Source: Lama guanicoe (taxonomy: Eukaryota). From it: DNA of 64,000 nucleotides. The position numbers and the translations under genes are program-made. This document shows positions 37,895 through 51,255 of this stretch, one piece after another. The notes beneath the pieces were generated by a model that was not told where the DNA came from, searched no databases, and worked only from the letters and a program-made list of their open reading frames with translations. Each line of letters opens with the position of its first letter. Within the stretch, counting starts at the first letter, position 1. The stretch covers positions 1,549,964 to 1,613,963 of the forward strand of contig MU054187.1 in the NCBI GenBank assembly GCA_013239625.1. Direction: 5' to 3'.

Positions 37895-39400
37895 ATCTGT
37901 CCTTTTTCTGGTCAGATTTATTGAGATACACTTCACGTACAATAGCTGTTCCCCAATTTAAAATATGCAAATAAACCAGCTGTGATACACGTGCCATGTA
38001 ACCAGCATCACAACTGTGACACAGAGTATTTCCATGACCCCAGATAACAGCCTCGCATCCTTTGCAGCCAGTCCTCCGCCTGGTCCCAGGAAACCACTGC
38101 TCTGCTTCCTGTCTCTGAGGCTGGGCCCTTCCTCGGATGTGACAGCGTGTGACCTGGGAGCACAGAACCTCCCTGGTCCGGCTCCCTTCACTGAGTGCAC
38201 GCACTTGACATCCACCCACGCCGTTCTAGGCGTCAGAGTTTGTTCCTGTCACTGCGGAGGGTCACCTGCTCAGCCATGCACCTGCCGATGGACCCCTGGG
38301 TGGCTTCCAACCCAGGGCTATTACCCTAAAGACGCCATCATCATTCAAGCAGTCGTCTTCGTGTGCAAATATGTTTATTTCCTTCTTCGGGGTGGATACC
38401 TGGAAGTGACATTGCTGTGTCCCACTCAGCGTTTCAACGTTAAGAGGAGCTGCCAAACCGCGTCTCAAGGTAGCGAGCGGTTTCCTCCCACAACCACAGG
38501 GAGGGAGCCCAGCTGCTCCACGTCCTCCCAGCACTGGGGATGTTCAGGCTCTTGTACTTCAGCCACTCTAAAAGGTAGTTGACGGTACCCATGGTGGTTT
38601 TGATCCGCATTTCCCGAAGATCTCGTGATGACGGACATCCTTCCACAGGCGGGTTTCCCTCCACACCTGTTCTCTGGCGAAACATCTGTTCAGACATTTC
38701 ACCGACTTGTAAGCTGGGTTTTTTGTTTCCTTATTAGTGACTTGCAGGGGTTCTTTTTATGCTCCAGCTTCAGGTTCTCCACAGATACAGGTTATCGAAA
38801 CGTTTTCACTCCGTCTGTAACTTGTCTTATTTTCTTAGCAGGATGTTTAAAATAGCAAATGTTTTTTTCATTTCGATGAAGCCCAGTTTATCATGTTTCC
38901 GTGTGTTTCGTGCTCTTTGTGTTCCACCTGAAACACCCCTGCCCAGCGCAAGGCCACAGACACATTTTCTAGGTTGTCTTCCACAACTGCGCATCTTGAC
39001 GTCGACGATCCATCGTGAGTTAATTTTTGTATGAAATGTGAAGTGAGATGCGTGTGTTTTGTTTGTTTTTGAGCACTGCTGGCTCAGGAGATTATCAGTT
39101 ACCCCCTGCATGATCCTGATTCGCGTGGCAAAGAAACAGACACCCATGTGAAGTCAGTCTGGACCCCAGATCTGGCCCACGTCCATCTTTACGCCAGTGC
39201 CAGATGGCCTTGATTCTTTTTAGATTTATAACATTTTAAAGTCAGACAGTAACATGCTGCCAACTCTGGTTTTCTTTACAGACACTGTTTGCGTTCTCGC
39301 CTCCATCTCGGAACCGGCTTGCTCACTCCTCTTCCTGCCCCCCTCACCCCCGCGAGAGAAGAGCCCTCAGATTCTGATCAGAATTCACCGAATTTATTAG
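37895..39400 (-). mobile_element. Ancient L1 (L1MB/MC-like) 3' region
   Basis: TTTATTGAGATACACTTCAC..., CTGCCAAACCG, GTGGTTTTGATCCGCATTTCCC, GATCCATCGTGAGTTAATTTTTGTATG are reverse L1 hallmarks. Confidence 0.8.
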
Positions 39401-40593
39401 CTGATTGGCAGAGAACTGGCGACAGAAAATCACGGTGACTTTCCACTGGCAGGTGTCCCCAAGTTCCCCTCAAACAGATGTGGTTGTTCTCAGCACTGGA
39501 AGGGGCAGAGCAGGACGGGATGAGGGAAGACGTGTCTGACCCCCAGCCCCCTGCAGGCCAAAAATGAAGGAAGACTCTGGCTCTGGGACAGCGGTGCCGC
39601 TGGCAGAGACACCGGGAAATGCGGCCCTGGCTTTGGAGCTGGGGATGGGCGGAGGCCGGGGAGAGGCTGAGGAGCGTGAGAGCAAAGCCCAGATTGCTCT
39701 GAGCAGGCTGTCGACAGGAACACAGCGGTGAAGACGGCAGGGAGGCCCCGGAGGTCCGGGCCTGGCAGACAAGGCCTCCACCGTCCTTGAGAGCACACGT
39801 CTCACGCTAGCAGAGGGCTGGCGAGGCGCGGGGCTAAAGGCGCTGACGAGGGCTCAGCAGGCCTGGAAGCCGGAGCTGATCCCGGCTGAGCAGAGGCGGG
39901 ACGCTCGGCCGCCGGGCCTCCTGCCGGCTGTGCGGAGAGCGGGAATCGCAGCCGTGATCGCGACAGGCAGCTGCGACGCCATGTGCCCGGGCACAGCCTG
40001 ACTCCTTCCTGCTGTGTGCAGTGAAACGCGAGAGGAGAGAGAAAAACTGCGGGGAGAATTCTTAAGCAAAAAGGAGACAGTAGTTGATTTGTGAAAATTT
40101 CGCTCCATCTCGACTGAAAAAGCTCCGGGGAGCGGGCTGGGTCTGGACAACCTCTGCTGAGAGTTTCCCGTGACCCGTCTCTCATGTGAGCACACCGTCC
40201 ACGAAGGACCTCGCGGCCAAATCCTGCGGACGCTGGACTCTTCGCAATCACGTCTTCACCTGCATTCCAGCCTCCCCTCCCTACAGGTAAGATTTATCAA
40301 GACGCACAGTCACCGAACGTGCACAGTGTCTGACACCTTCCCACAGAGAGCAGATCCCTGCACCCCAGCCCCTCGAGTCCCCCAGCCAGACACCGAGCTC
40401 GGCCACGTGTCTTCCCGACACACCCATGAGCCCCGGACACGCGCTCTCCCGCGACAACGGGCCGTCAGCTCGGCCCGTTCAGCCGCAGGCGTGCTCCTAG
40501 TGGTCTCTGCACACACGCCACCGACCACCTGGCAGACCCCAGGTGGCTCCCAGGCAGACCTTTCCGGCCACAAATGAGCAAAAGAAGGTTTAC

Positions 40594-40640
40594 CCGTACA
40601 GTCTTCTGTTCCAGTGAGAATTTCTGGATTTTCAAAGCAT
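40594..40640 (-). other. Candidate exon (47 nt)
   Basis: Acceptor CCCTTTTGAATTTATATAG and donor CGG|GTAAAC. Two frames open, product unrecognised. Confidence 0.18.
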
Positions 40641-41278
40641 CTATATAAATTCAAAAGGGTCATGCTAGTTATCCCATTCCTTGTAAATTTGGATTATTAA
40701 AGCATTTTAATTAGGCTTCTGAGAAAGAAAAGATACTTTAATAAAACCTTCAAAATGTCAACTTTATAATTAGGGGATATATTCATGTTTAAAATTATTT
40801 TGTTTAGCATTTACAGCCAGCGATGACTTACATGAAGAAATAAAATTAACAGGTCCTTTAAAATAAACTAGACAGATCAAGAAAGGTCGAAGAAATTAAG
40901 TTAATGATGCTTTGTATCATTGGCTAAATTTAATTTTGCGTTTAAAAATACAGCATTTAAAATTAGCTGTTTCGTTAAAGACGTTCTGAGGAAAAGAATT
41001 ACTGAAATAATCATTACAAAGTAGTGATAAATCTGGTAACAAAGACAATAAGCATCATTATGTCAGGATTAACACTTGCCAAGTGCCTCACATATGTTAC
41101 CCCTAGTTCACAGGCAGCCAGGTAGGTCACCACGATTATCCTCATTTAAAAAACAATAAAAGGTGGGGAGAGAATAGCGTTTTTTGGAAACTGAGAGGCC
41201 ACACTGGAGACAGGAGCAAAGTTGGGAGTCACAGGCTTCTGGCATTTATTAGTACTGTTAACTAAAAATCAAAAGCAT

Positions 41279-41364
41279 ATGTTCACGTATAACGGAAAAA
41301 GTGTGCTCTACACTGGAATTTGACACATTGTAAAATGACTATAACTCAATAAAAAACGTTAAAA
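41279..41364 (+). mobile_element. 86-bp extremely truncated young L1 insertion
   Basis: L1 terminus GTGCTCTACACTGGAATTTGACACATTGTAAAATGACTATAACTCAATAAAA flanked by a perfect 15-bp TSD AAAAATCAAAAGCAT (41264-41278 and 41365-41379). Confidence 0.95.
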
Positions 41365-41639
41365 AAAAATCAAAAGCATTCTACATATCTGAGCTTAACA
41401 AACATCCCCTAGATTGTGATCGGCAGGGAACAGTCTCCTGCAGTCACATCTCCGTGGACTTTCACTTGGGGCAAGTCATTTAAATTAACATTGAATTTGG
41501 TTTTATCATCTGTAAAATGACACGTTAGACCGAATGTTCTGGGAGCTCCATATCAGTGACGCCATCTGTGAGCTGGCTTCATGAATTAACAATCATCACC
41601 ACCACCCATTACTCGCGGTAAAACACCAGGATCGTGTCA

Positions 41640-41790
41640 AGCGGTAAGCTAGTCCTTTGCACGCAACGTCGCAGTCCTCACAGCACAAGTGTCCTCACTT
41701 CAGAGACGCGGACACAGAGCCCGGAGGCCACCGTGCGGGCAGGCCCACGGCTCCCGGAGGCCGAGCTGGGATTCCAGCCGAGCCCGTCTT
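41640..41790 (-). mobile_element. MIR SINE (GC-shifted)
   Basis: GTCCTCACAGCAC...CCTCACTTCAGAGACGCGGACACAGAGCCCGGAG...GAGGCCGAGCTGGGATTCCAGCC follows the reverse MIR layout. Confidence 0.6.
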
Positions 41791-42839
41791 CCTGCGCCGA
41801 CAACCGCCCCACCACACACTCTGGCTTTTACCCACCTTCCACCTGACGTCAGAATATTCAACCCGTCAAGCTGCGTCACAGGGTTTAAACGGGCTGTTCA
41901 GCTCTTCCAAAATGGCACTGTCAGGGCACTCTGTGAACCACCACGCCAGGGACTCAGCAGGGACGTTTCTATTACTTACGGCTCTTCCAGGGAGACGGGT
42001 CCGTTGTCCTTTCAATGTCTGCTCGTCCGGTGTATGAATCTCATTCTTGCACGGGCACCTGGGAAACATATAAACATTTATTAAATTGTAAATTAGCATG
42101 GATGCCACATATCTAAGATCGGGACCTTTTACACTGCACTGCGGACCCACAGAGCTCTGGGATGTTAGCAGGTTCCCTAAAAGTCTAGGGAAACTTTGAT
42201 CTCGTATAAATAGATCAATTGTCTGGTAGGAGAGCTCCAAGGGCCGCATCAGATTCTCAAAGGGACCCTTGATCCAAAAACTTAAGAATCACTACCTTAG
42301 CTTCTAAAAGTTAGTGCGGTTGTGAAAAAATTCTGACTAATGAGGTCATACGTACCCAGGGGCAACTTCTCTAAGAAAAAGAAAAGATGATGACAACAGT
42401 TTGTTAAAATCCATCCTCTCATTCTGAATACATTGCACTGGGCGTTACACCTGCAAAGCGTACGAACACCACAGGGCTCGTGTGAGGGAGGAAGACAGGG
42501 ACAGGCCCACAGGCGGAGCTCGCTCTCCCTCTGCAGGAGAGCAGACTGTGACTCGGTTTACAGACACAGCCACGTGACCGGTCTGACCGACAGAGCTGAT
42601 ACAATCACGTAACAAATCAATAACCTGTAAGCACTTTCTGGGCCCTTTTCCCTTCAACTAGAGGGCGGCAAAGCCACTTCCTCTCTCACCTCTCTGTCTC
42701 TGTGCCTGTCTCGGGTGTGAAACCTGGGTTTTTCTACTTTTCCCGGGCAGGGCTGGCGGGGCTGCTGGGGGGCAGAGCTGAGGTGATCAGAACTTTGGAA
42801 CCTTCCCTTGAGTTCCTTGGGAACGTGTCTCTGCATGGG

Positions 42840-43020
42840 CGCCAGCCCAGTTCCTGGGAGCGCATCAGATCACCCGGCGGCTCATAAAAACACCCCCACG
42901 AGCCCACGCCAAACTCCGCTCAGCCCAGATCTCCCGCGGGAGCTCCGGGAAGCCATCTGCTAGACCAGAGCCCCAGGGGATCCTGACTCAGTCCGCCTGC
43001 AGGTGACTTAGAAACCCTCA
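42840..43020. mobile_element. MER5-like hAT-Charlie relic
   Basis: GCATCAGATCACCCGGCGGCTCATAAAAACAC...CCCCAGGGGATCCTGA...TTAGAAACC follows the MER5A layout. Confidence 0.5.
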
Positions 43021-44119
43021 CAACCACACGAATCACAATTCTACGTGAAAACGGAGACGGGGCTGCTTCCCCAGCCTTGTCTGCGGAGCCCTGGGCGTCC
43101 TGGTCCACTGTCTCTGCCCGCAGGTTGGAGCCCCAACAGGCTCCTCAGAGCAGCTGTGACTGCTGGGGACTGCTGCCTAACTAGAGGTTCTTCCGCAGCA
43201 TCACTTGGCATCATGGAAGACCTCGCTTTGACCCAAAGTCTCAAAAACATAGCTGCATGTTAGGACGGCAGGAAAAAGAGTTCCAGAAATGCGTTCCTCC
43301 CACAGGCTCAGCGCCCCTTACAACGCAGACGGGGAGCCACGCCAGAAAAAGAACCACGGACCTGAGTGCGGAATGACGGTCCTCTGTAAATACGACCAAA
43401 TACGCTGTTCAGCTTATCTCAAACCTGCACACAGATGCAACCTCTTCTGCCCAATGGATATTGTTTTACTTGTTCAGTTCTTGCAAGTGGTGAGATCATT
43501 ACTGCTTCGTAGAAGCGAAGATGTTTCTCAACACACACATTTGACTCTGGAGTTTATCATTAGATTAAGTCTAACCGGTTTAACAGCGGTGCGCACAGGA
43601 GCGCGGTCCTTCACGGCCAGCCTACGCAGCCAAAGGAAAGGAACATTTTGCTTTTTTCAATGTATCTCAGGTCTCAAAACCAGCTAACCTTAGATGAACC
43701 ACAGTTCCCGAAAATACCTGCAAACAATTGTACTTTATTTTGTGAATCCGAAAGCAAAATTTGTCCTAAGACATTTCAATTTATTTTTGCCCAAGGGAAT
43801 CAGTGATATATTTTGGACCAAAATATGTTAGAATTTCAGAAGAGTTCAGAAATGCTTTTGTTTTAGAGAAAAGAAAAAAATCTGTGCTCCCTTTGTGTCT
43901 GGTGGGGCAAAACCGCAGCTCTGTGGTGTATTTAGTCTAATAAAAATGAGCTTCCTGAACATAAACGCGCTATAACTGCATCGTGGGAAAATCTGAAATC
44001 CTTGGGAAAGGCCACAACATAAATAATTAATTGTCACACGTGGCACTGAAAAAGCTGAGACACTCAATGGCGTTACCACCCTCTCAATAAATAATGAACT
44101 CAGCATAACTAAGACTGAA

Positions 44120-44460
44120 TCAGTCACATACCAAGCATTTACTGAGCACCTATGTTCTCTTGTTTGCTCAGTAAATGTTTAATGAGCAGCTACTGTGTTC
44201 CAGATGCTGGGATCCGTGGTAAATGAGAGGCGATGCCTTCACAGAATCCAGGGGGAAAACAGAGAGAAAAACATTAAGTTCTGTGGAGACTGTAATAAAT
44301 GAAACAGGCTCTGTGATAGGAAAAAAGAGAGAGAGGAGGGTTCCTAAGGGAGAGGACATTAAGATGAGACAAGAAGAGGAAAGAATCACCGAGGAAAGAC
44401 CAAAAAGCCGCCTGCGTGAAGGCCCGCGGGGACGGACAGTGAGCACTTACTGTGTCTGAA
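44120..44460 (-). mobile_element. L2 3' fragment
   Basis: AAGCATTTACTGAGCACCTATG and GTAAATGTTTAATGAGCAGCTACTGTGTTCCAGATGCTGGGAT match the reverse L2 tail. Confidence 0.6.
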
Positions 44461-44667
44461 GAAATTAAAAAACAGTGCATCAAACAGAAAAAGAGAGACA
44501 GAAGATGAATTTACACGTGTGCGTGGCTCCGAAACCACACTGGTGCTTACAGACCGAAACAGGGGGCTAATTTTCATTAAAATGAAATGTCAAACAGGGA
44601 AGTAATGACTGTTTAAACCAGGGTGGACGCAGCAGAGACAAAGCAAGTGAACAAATCAGAAATGTTC

Positions 44668-45977
44668 CGGTGGTGTCAGGACAGCTGGACAGTCACAGGT
44701 CAGTCAGTGACGGTAGAACACGCTCTCCCAGCACACACAGAAGTAACTCAAAATGGCTCCGAGACGTAAACATAAGACAAAACACTATAAACTTCCTAGA
44801 AGAAAACACAGGCCAAACATTTTCTGACATACATCACAGCAATGTTCTCCTAGGGCAGTCTACCCAGGAAATCGAAATAAAAGCAAAAATAAACAAATGG
44901 GACCTAATTAAACTTCTAAGCTTTGGCACAGCAAAGGAAGCCATAAACAAAACGAAAAGACAACCTACGGACTGGGAGGAAGTATTTGTAAAAGATGTGA
45001 CTAACAAAGGCTTAATTTCTAGAACATACAAACAGTTCACACAACTCAATAATAAAAAAACAAACGGCCCAATCCAAAAACAGGCAGGAGACCTAAACAT
45101 TCCCCCAGTGAAGACATACAAATGGCCAACAGGCACATGAAAAAATGCTCAATGTCGCTGATTATCAGAGAAATGCAAATCCAAACTACAGTGAGGGATC
45201 ACCTCACACCAGTCAGAATGGCCATTATTAAAAAAAGCCCACAAACGATAAATGAGGAGAGGGTGTGGAGAAAAGGGAGCCCTCCTACACTGTGTGTGGG
45301 GGTTCAGTGTGGTGCAGCCACTGTGGAAAACAGTATGGAGATTCCTCAAAAAACTAAAGATAGACTTAGCCTATGACCCAGGAATCCTACTCCTGGGCAT
45401 GTATCTGGAGGGAACTCTAATTCAAAAAGACACGTGCACCCCAATGTTCACAGCAGCACTATTTACAGTAGCCAAGACATGGAAACAGCCTAAATGTCCA
45501 TCAACAGAGGACTGGATAAAGAAGAGGTGGTATATTTATACGATGGAATACTATTTAGCTATAAAAACCGACAACAGAACGCCATTTGCAGCAACATGGA
45601 TGCTGCTGGAGAATGTCATTCTAAGTGAAGTAAGCCAGAAAGAGAAAGAAAAATACTATATGAGATCGCTCATATGTGGAATCTAAAACAAAACATAAAT
45701 TCAAAACAGAAACAGACTCGTAGACATAGAATACAAACTTGTGGTTGCCAAGGGGGCGGGGGGTGGGAAGAGACAGACGGGATTTCAAAGTGTAGAGTAC
45801 ATAAACAAGATTATACTGTACAGCACAGGGAAATATACATAAGATCTTGTGGTAGCTCACAGAGAAAAAAATGTGACAATGTATATATATGTTCATGCAT
45901 AACTGAAAAATTGTGCTCTACACTGGAATTTGACACACTGTAAAATGATTATAAATCAATAAAAAATGTTAAAAAAA
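44668..45977 (+). mobile_element. 5'-truncated L1 (ORF2 C-terminal region, 3' UTR, A-tail)
   Basis: NSKWLRDVNIRQNTINFLEENTGQTFSDI...KINKWDLIKL and [28 protein letters not shown]...[14 protein letters not shown]. Confidence 0.95.
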
Positions 45978-47161
45978 GAATGCTCATCACGGTATTTTTG
46001 ATAAAATTTAAATACTTGAATACTGTATAACACAGAGAACTCTACTCATATCTTATAGTAACCTATAATAAAAAATATGAAAATGAAAAGAAATTTTTTA
46101 AAACATCCAGAGAGAAAAATTACAGGTGGCAGAAATAAACTGTATTTGAACAGAAAAGTCGCTGATTATCAGAGAAATGCAAATCCAAACTACAGTGAGG
46201 GATCACCTCACACCAGTCAGAATGGCCATTATTAAAAAAAGCCCACAAACGATAAATGAGGAGAGGGTGTGGAGAAAAGGGAGCCCTCCTACACTGTGTG
46301 TGGGGGTTCAGTGTGGTGCAGCCACTGTGGAAAACAGTATGGAGATTCCTCAAAAAACTAAAGATAGACTTAGCCTATGACCCAGGAATCCTACTCCTGG
46401 GCATGTATCTGGAGGGAACTCTAATTCAAAAAGACACGTGCACCCCAATGTTCACAGCAGCACTATTTACAGTAGCCAAGACATGGAAACAGCCTAAATG
46501 TCCATCAACAGAGGACTGGATAAAGAAGAGGTGGTATATTTATACGATGGAATACTATTTAGCTATAAAAACCGACAACAGAACGCCATTTGCAGCAACA
46601 TGGATGCTGCTGGAGAATGTCATTCTAAGTGAAGTAAGCCAGAAAGAGAAAGAAAAATACTATATGAGATCGCTCATATGTGGAATCTAAAACAAAACAT
46701 AAATTCAAAACAGAAACAGACTCGTAGACATAGAATACAAACTTGTGGTTGCCAAGGGGGCGGGGGGTGGGAAGAGACAGACGGGATTTCAAAGTGTAGA
46801 GTACATAAACAAGATTATACTGTACAGCACAGGGAAATATACATAAGATCTTGTGGTAGCTCACAGAGAAAAAAATGTGACAATGTATATATATGTTCAT
46901 GCATAACTGAAAAATTGTGCTCTACACTGGAATTTGACACACTGTAAAATGATTATAAATCAATAAAAAATGTTAAAAAAAGAATGCTCATCACGGTATT
47001 TTTGATAAAATTTAAATACTTGAATACTGTATAACACAGAGAACTCTACTCATATCTTATAGTAACCTATAATAAAAAATATGAAAATGAAAAGAAATTT
47101 TTTAAAACATCCAGAGAGAAAAATTACAGGTGGCAGAAATAAACTGTATTTGAACAGAAAA
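45154..47161 (+). repeat. Tandem duplication, 2 x 1004 bp (45154-46157 and 46158-47161)
   Basis: The ORF track repeats identically at an offset of 1004 (45252/46256, 45621/46625, 45674/46678). Both copies start GTCGCTGATTATC and end TTGAACAGAAAA. Confidence 0.97.
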
Positions 47162-48024
47162 ACAAGTTACCAAAAAAAAATCACCTTTCAGCAACTTGGA
47201 AAGCTTTGGGGAATGTACTCTGGCAAATGAAAAGTACAGATTTTTTTCAGATAAATACACTTAAGATTTCTTCCAAATGCGTATGCTGATGGCATGTCTC
47301 GATGCACAGGGAAGGTCGGCTACCTGGACTGGCACACGTGTTTCTGAACATTCCGTTACATCGGCCAAAGGCACGGTTTCCGAGCACGACTGCCGGGGCC
47401 CAAGGTGAGGGGTTCCTTTTTAGTGCGGGATAAAATGTTTTGTTTTGTGCTCCTTTTTTTAATGACTGATGAGGAAAACAGACGTGCTCTGGCTAAGGGA
47501 GCGGGTGACTGTTTTAGCCATCACGCCCAATTACAGCCAGCGAGGGGCCCCGGGCTCCCCGGCCCCCAACCTCTCTCCACGGGCCCCACCCTGAAGGCTC
47601 AGCCACGGCTCCACAAACAGCGTCTGAGGATGCTGACACCCGCCCTGGGGGGCACCCAGGCCACGCCTCACCGCCCACCACTGCCCAGAGCACCCGTCCA
47701 CGGTCCACACCAGAGCCGCTGCCATTCAGAGATAAAGCCCGTTTTTACGGGTAATTCTCAGCTTCAGCCAATGATCCCGGGAGCCTCACAGCCCCCATGT
47801 GCTCACGGACTCTTCGGCCGGCGGAAAGCCTGTGGCCAGTGAGCACCTAGTTAGCTCCGGACACAACGCTGTCCCGAGAGAACCTGTCACTCAGTGACTC
47901 TCTCTGTATCTTCCCTTCATTTAATGTTCAAAACCCATCACCACGCTTCCTTTAGGTCCCCAAACTACTACCACACCAATATTTTTACTTCAAAAAACGA
48001 CTATCCTGTCCCCGTGTTTTATTA

Positions 48025-48185
48025 AACGCGTGTACCAACGCATACGGGAAAAAAGCACGTCTGTACACACACGGCTGTGTCTACGTACGCATATACTTAA
48101 ACACGTGTGTACACACGTGTGCATGTGTGCATTGTGCACACGACCTGAACTGTGGGCGCACACGTGATGTGTGTGCGTGTGGCAC
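48025..48185. repeat. Degenerate CA/TG tract containing a 20-bp palindrome
   Basis: ACACGTGTGTACACACGTGT at 48101-48120 is self-complementary. Confidence 0.8.
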
Positions 48186-49729
48186 AACGACAGCTTCCAC
48201 GGTCCTCCCCAGGAGGGTGTCTGGGGCGGAGCCCACCCCTCCAGCACAAAGGACGCCTCAGTGCCGCTGCCCTGTCAGTGCCGCGCTGAGAACGGGAAGA
48301 TGCACCATGTCGGACTCCACGTTTCCTCAGTGTAGAAATGTCCTGTTTCTGAATATTCTTACACAGTTATCTAAATTTGGGTTAAAGCAAAATGTGAGAT
48401 TTCTAAAAATTGCAGTTTTTATTTCGTTAGCATCGTAGTTCAACAGGACTGTGAATAAAGTATGAAATACAATATTTAACTCACAGGTTTCCTTGGAAAT
48501 GTTTTTACTGCTGCCAAGAAACAAGTCCATTGAAACTGGTTCAGAGTTGAATGTGCTTTCCAATCACAAGTATACATTTCTTGCCAAGGTTTTACTCAAA
48601 GCAGTGTTTTCCATCAAAATACCTCTGTTATCATTTTAACGGAGGGAATGCTCTCCTAACAGTGTTCTGGTTAAGTGAATACAGGCACTGTCACTTGCAG
48701 TGCTTTTGTTCTATTTTTCATAGAGGCGAGGCAGTCAGAATTTACGAACGATTCTACTGAAATTCGGGGCACCAAACAATCCCTAACATCCTTTCACCAA
48801 AACTCAGCACGAGCTCGAGCAAACTCGCTGTCCTCTGTGTCCTGCCGCCACCAGGAAGCCCGGGAGGGAGGGGGAAGCACGCAGAAGTCCCAGGGAAAGT
48901 GCCGTTTCACTGAGGAAATAAAATACTTCCCGAAGACAGGTGACCTGCCTTTCTCAACGACCAACATCTTGGCGAAAAAGAGGGCCCAGCAGCAGACCCG
49001 TTTCGCTAGCGTCTTCTGTCGCTGAGGCACAGTGGCGTGCACACGGCGCGCACACGGACGCCCACACTTTTGATACTCGCAGCACAAGTGCGTCCTGTCT
49101 GGTGGGGACTGTTGCTGAAAAGCGGGAAGGCGCTCTGAGGAAGGGCAAAGCTTGCTGCACAGTCACGACCCATCAAAGTGGGAAAAAGTGGAATCGGGCT
49201 TTCGCGGCATCACACAAAATTTCCACTCAGTCACGCCAGAGTTTGCTCTGAAAGTGAACCATTGTACCTGCAGTTAAATACAAATAAGACAGTTCTCTCT
49301 TTTCTTTAAGTGACAATAAAGTTGGTCTGTTTCTGCTGATCATCACCACGGCTGCTTCTCACCTGGACGCGCTCCGCGCTGGCAGAAGGAAACAAACCCC
49401 AAGCCGCATGAGCCAGGGTTCCTGAGCTTCCTGCTTGGTCACCGTGGCCAAAGTCAGTGACAGCCGTCCTTGGAACACCTGTCCTCGTCAGTACCATTAA
49501 GAACATACATTGTTACAAGCACCGCGTAATCATCTGTGGCTCAGACCAAACAAAAAAGGGGGGCAGGGGAGCGGCGGGCGGGAAGCAGGGGAAAGGGAAA
49601 CAAAGGGGAAAACCGGGCTGATTTAAGGAACACAAACTCGCCACCAGGGGGACACATCCGCCCTTCTTCGCGCATCTTTCTGGAAGGAAAAGGCAGGTTT
49701 GTACGTGAAACCTCTCTCTGAGTGACACA

Positions 49730-50220
49730 TTCTTTCACAAATCCCAAAGATCACCATCCTCTCTCTCTTTTGAAATTCTGAGACTTCAAAATTCAAATGT
49801 TCTGAAGAGAAAGAGAGACACAGCTCTTTTGCAAATTTCATTAATGGCTATTTGGGGTTTTTTTTCTGTAAATTAACTAAATACTGTCTTTCTCTGTATT
49901 TCCACTTGGTCATCTGCGTTCTCTCTACTGCTTTAGGAATGTTCTGCGTGTAAAAAATTAAACTTCCGTTTATAACGTGTGTGAGGATAGCTTTTCAAAG
50001 CTGATAGTTTGCGCTCTTATGACTTGTATCACACAGACGTTTTCAGTTTTTATGTAATGAAATTACTGGCAATTTTTTCATAGCTGTGGCTTTGCATCAT
50101 GCTTCGGCTTCTTTGAGTCTCTAAAATTATGTAAAATCCTTACTTTCTCTTAAGCTATACTGGCTTCATTTTTATGCTTAAATCTTTGATTCATCTTGAA
50201 TTGATTTTATTTTTTAATTG
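49730..50220 (-). mobile_element. Ancient L1 (L1ME-like) fragment
   Basis: T-rich, with TTTAAATCTTTGATTCATCTTGAATTGATTTT-type reverse L1 motif near 50178-50210. Confidence 0.55.
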
Positions 50221-50941
50221 TTAGTATGTTGTCACTACTACTGACGGACGCATCCCTATGCACACTCACTCACATGTGCTCCCCTGACACGACCTGGGTC
50301 TGCTTCTGCGCAGGTGACAAGGGAACTGTTTTAAATATTGCTGTTTCCTAACACTGTTTTCTCTGTAGGGAAGTTCTATTCCTCTTCTTTTTTACTGTCT
50401 TAGCAATTTCATTATTAGTACTTCATACACACTTAAGAGAAACAATTTTTAGCTCCATCACGTTTAATTATATTTACATTACTGATGAAAATAAAATAAA
50501 AATGTATGAACAGGGTGAATTTTAAACAGTGAGCCCCAGGCCCCCTCACCCAGCCCGCATCAAAACCTCCCCTTTGAAGGGCATCCAGCAGGTCTTCAGA
50601 CACTACTTTGAATACCGTGTGGTGACCATCATTCCAGAGCAGACTCCATTATTCAATTATAATTAACTTCTGCCTTGTCTTAGGAGGCAAGTTGGAAATT
50701 CCAATGTTTGGCTTTCAGGCTGGAAGCAGAGACTCGTCTCCACCCCACGCCCAGGATGCCAAGTGAGCAGCTCCGCTTTGGCCCCCCCGGCTCGTTGCCA
50801 CAATTGGCGTCCCCTCCGTGGTTATACTTCACACCCCACTCGGCATCGCTGGAATTAAACAGACTACCTGCATGACTGACTTCCTCTGGTAACGACCCTC
50901 TCCCCATCACACGCCTCCAGCTCCAGCAAGACAGATCTCAC

Positions 50942-50999
50942 CTCTGCTTTAATGTCTGGCTGTTTCTCCATCAAGGGAGGCTGAGGTGCGCTACTGTAT
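50942..50999 (-). other. Candidate exon (58 nt)
   Basis: Acceptor CTTGCCCTGACCTTTTCATCAAG and donor GAG|GTGAGA. Contains an ATG in frame (MEKQPDIKAE), unrecognised. Confidence 0.22.
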
Positions 51000-51108
51000 C
51001 TTGATGAAAAGGTCAGGGCAAGATTTTTCAGGTGTAAGAATAAAGAAAACACATTCCTTAGTTGCTCAGAAGCAAATCTAACGGCTCTTCAACGGGAAAT
51101 ATCTAAGA

Positions 51109-51255
51109 TGGTGGTTCTCAGCCCTGCCTGCGCCCTGGACTCCCCTGAGGAAACTTCTGGAATCCCGATGCCTGAGTCCCCTCTCAGGTGCCCCGTCTGG
51201 GTGACGTGGGACAGACCTGGTGGCTCCTGTGCACGGGCAGGGCGGGGACCCACTG
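51109..51255. mobile_element. MER5A-like hAT-Charlie element
   Basis: GTGGTTCTCAGCCCTGCCTGC...CCCTGAGGAAACTT...CCGATGCCTGAGTCCC...GGGACCCACTG, with TIR-like ends. Confidence 0.65.
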
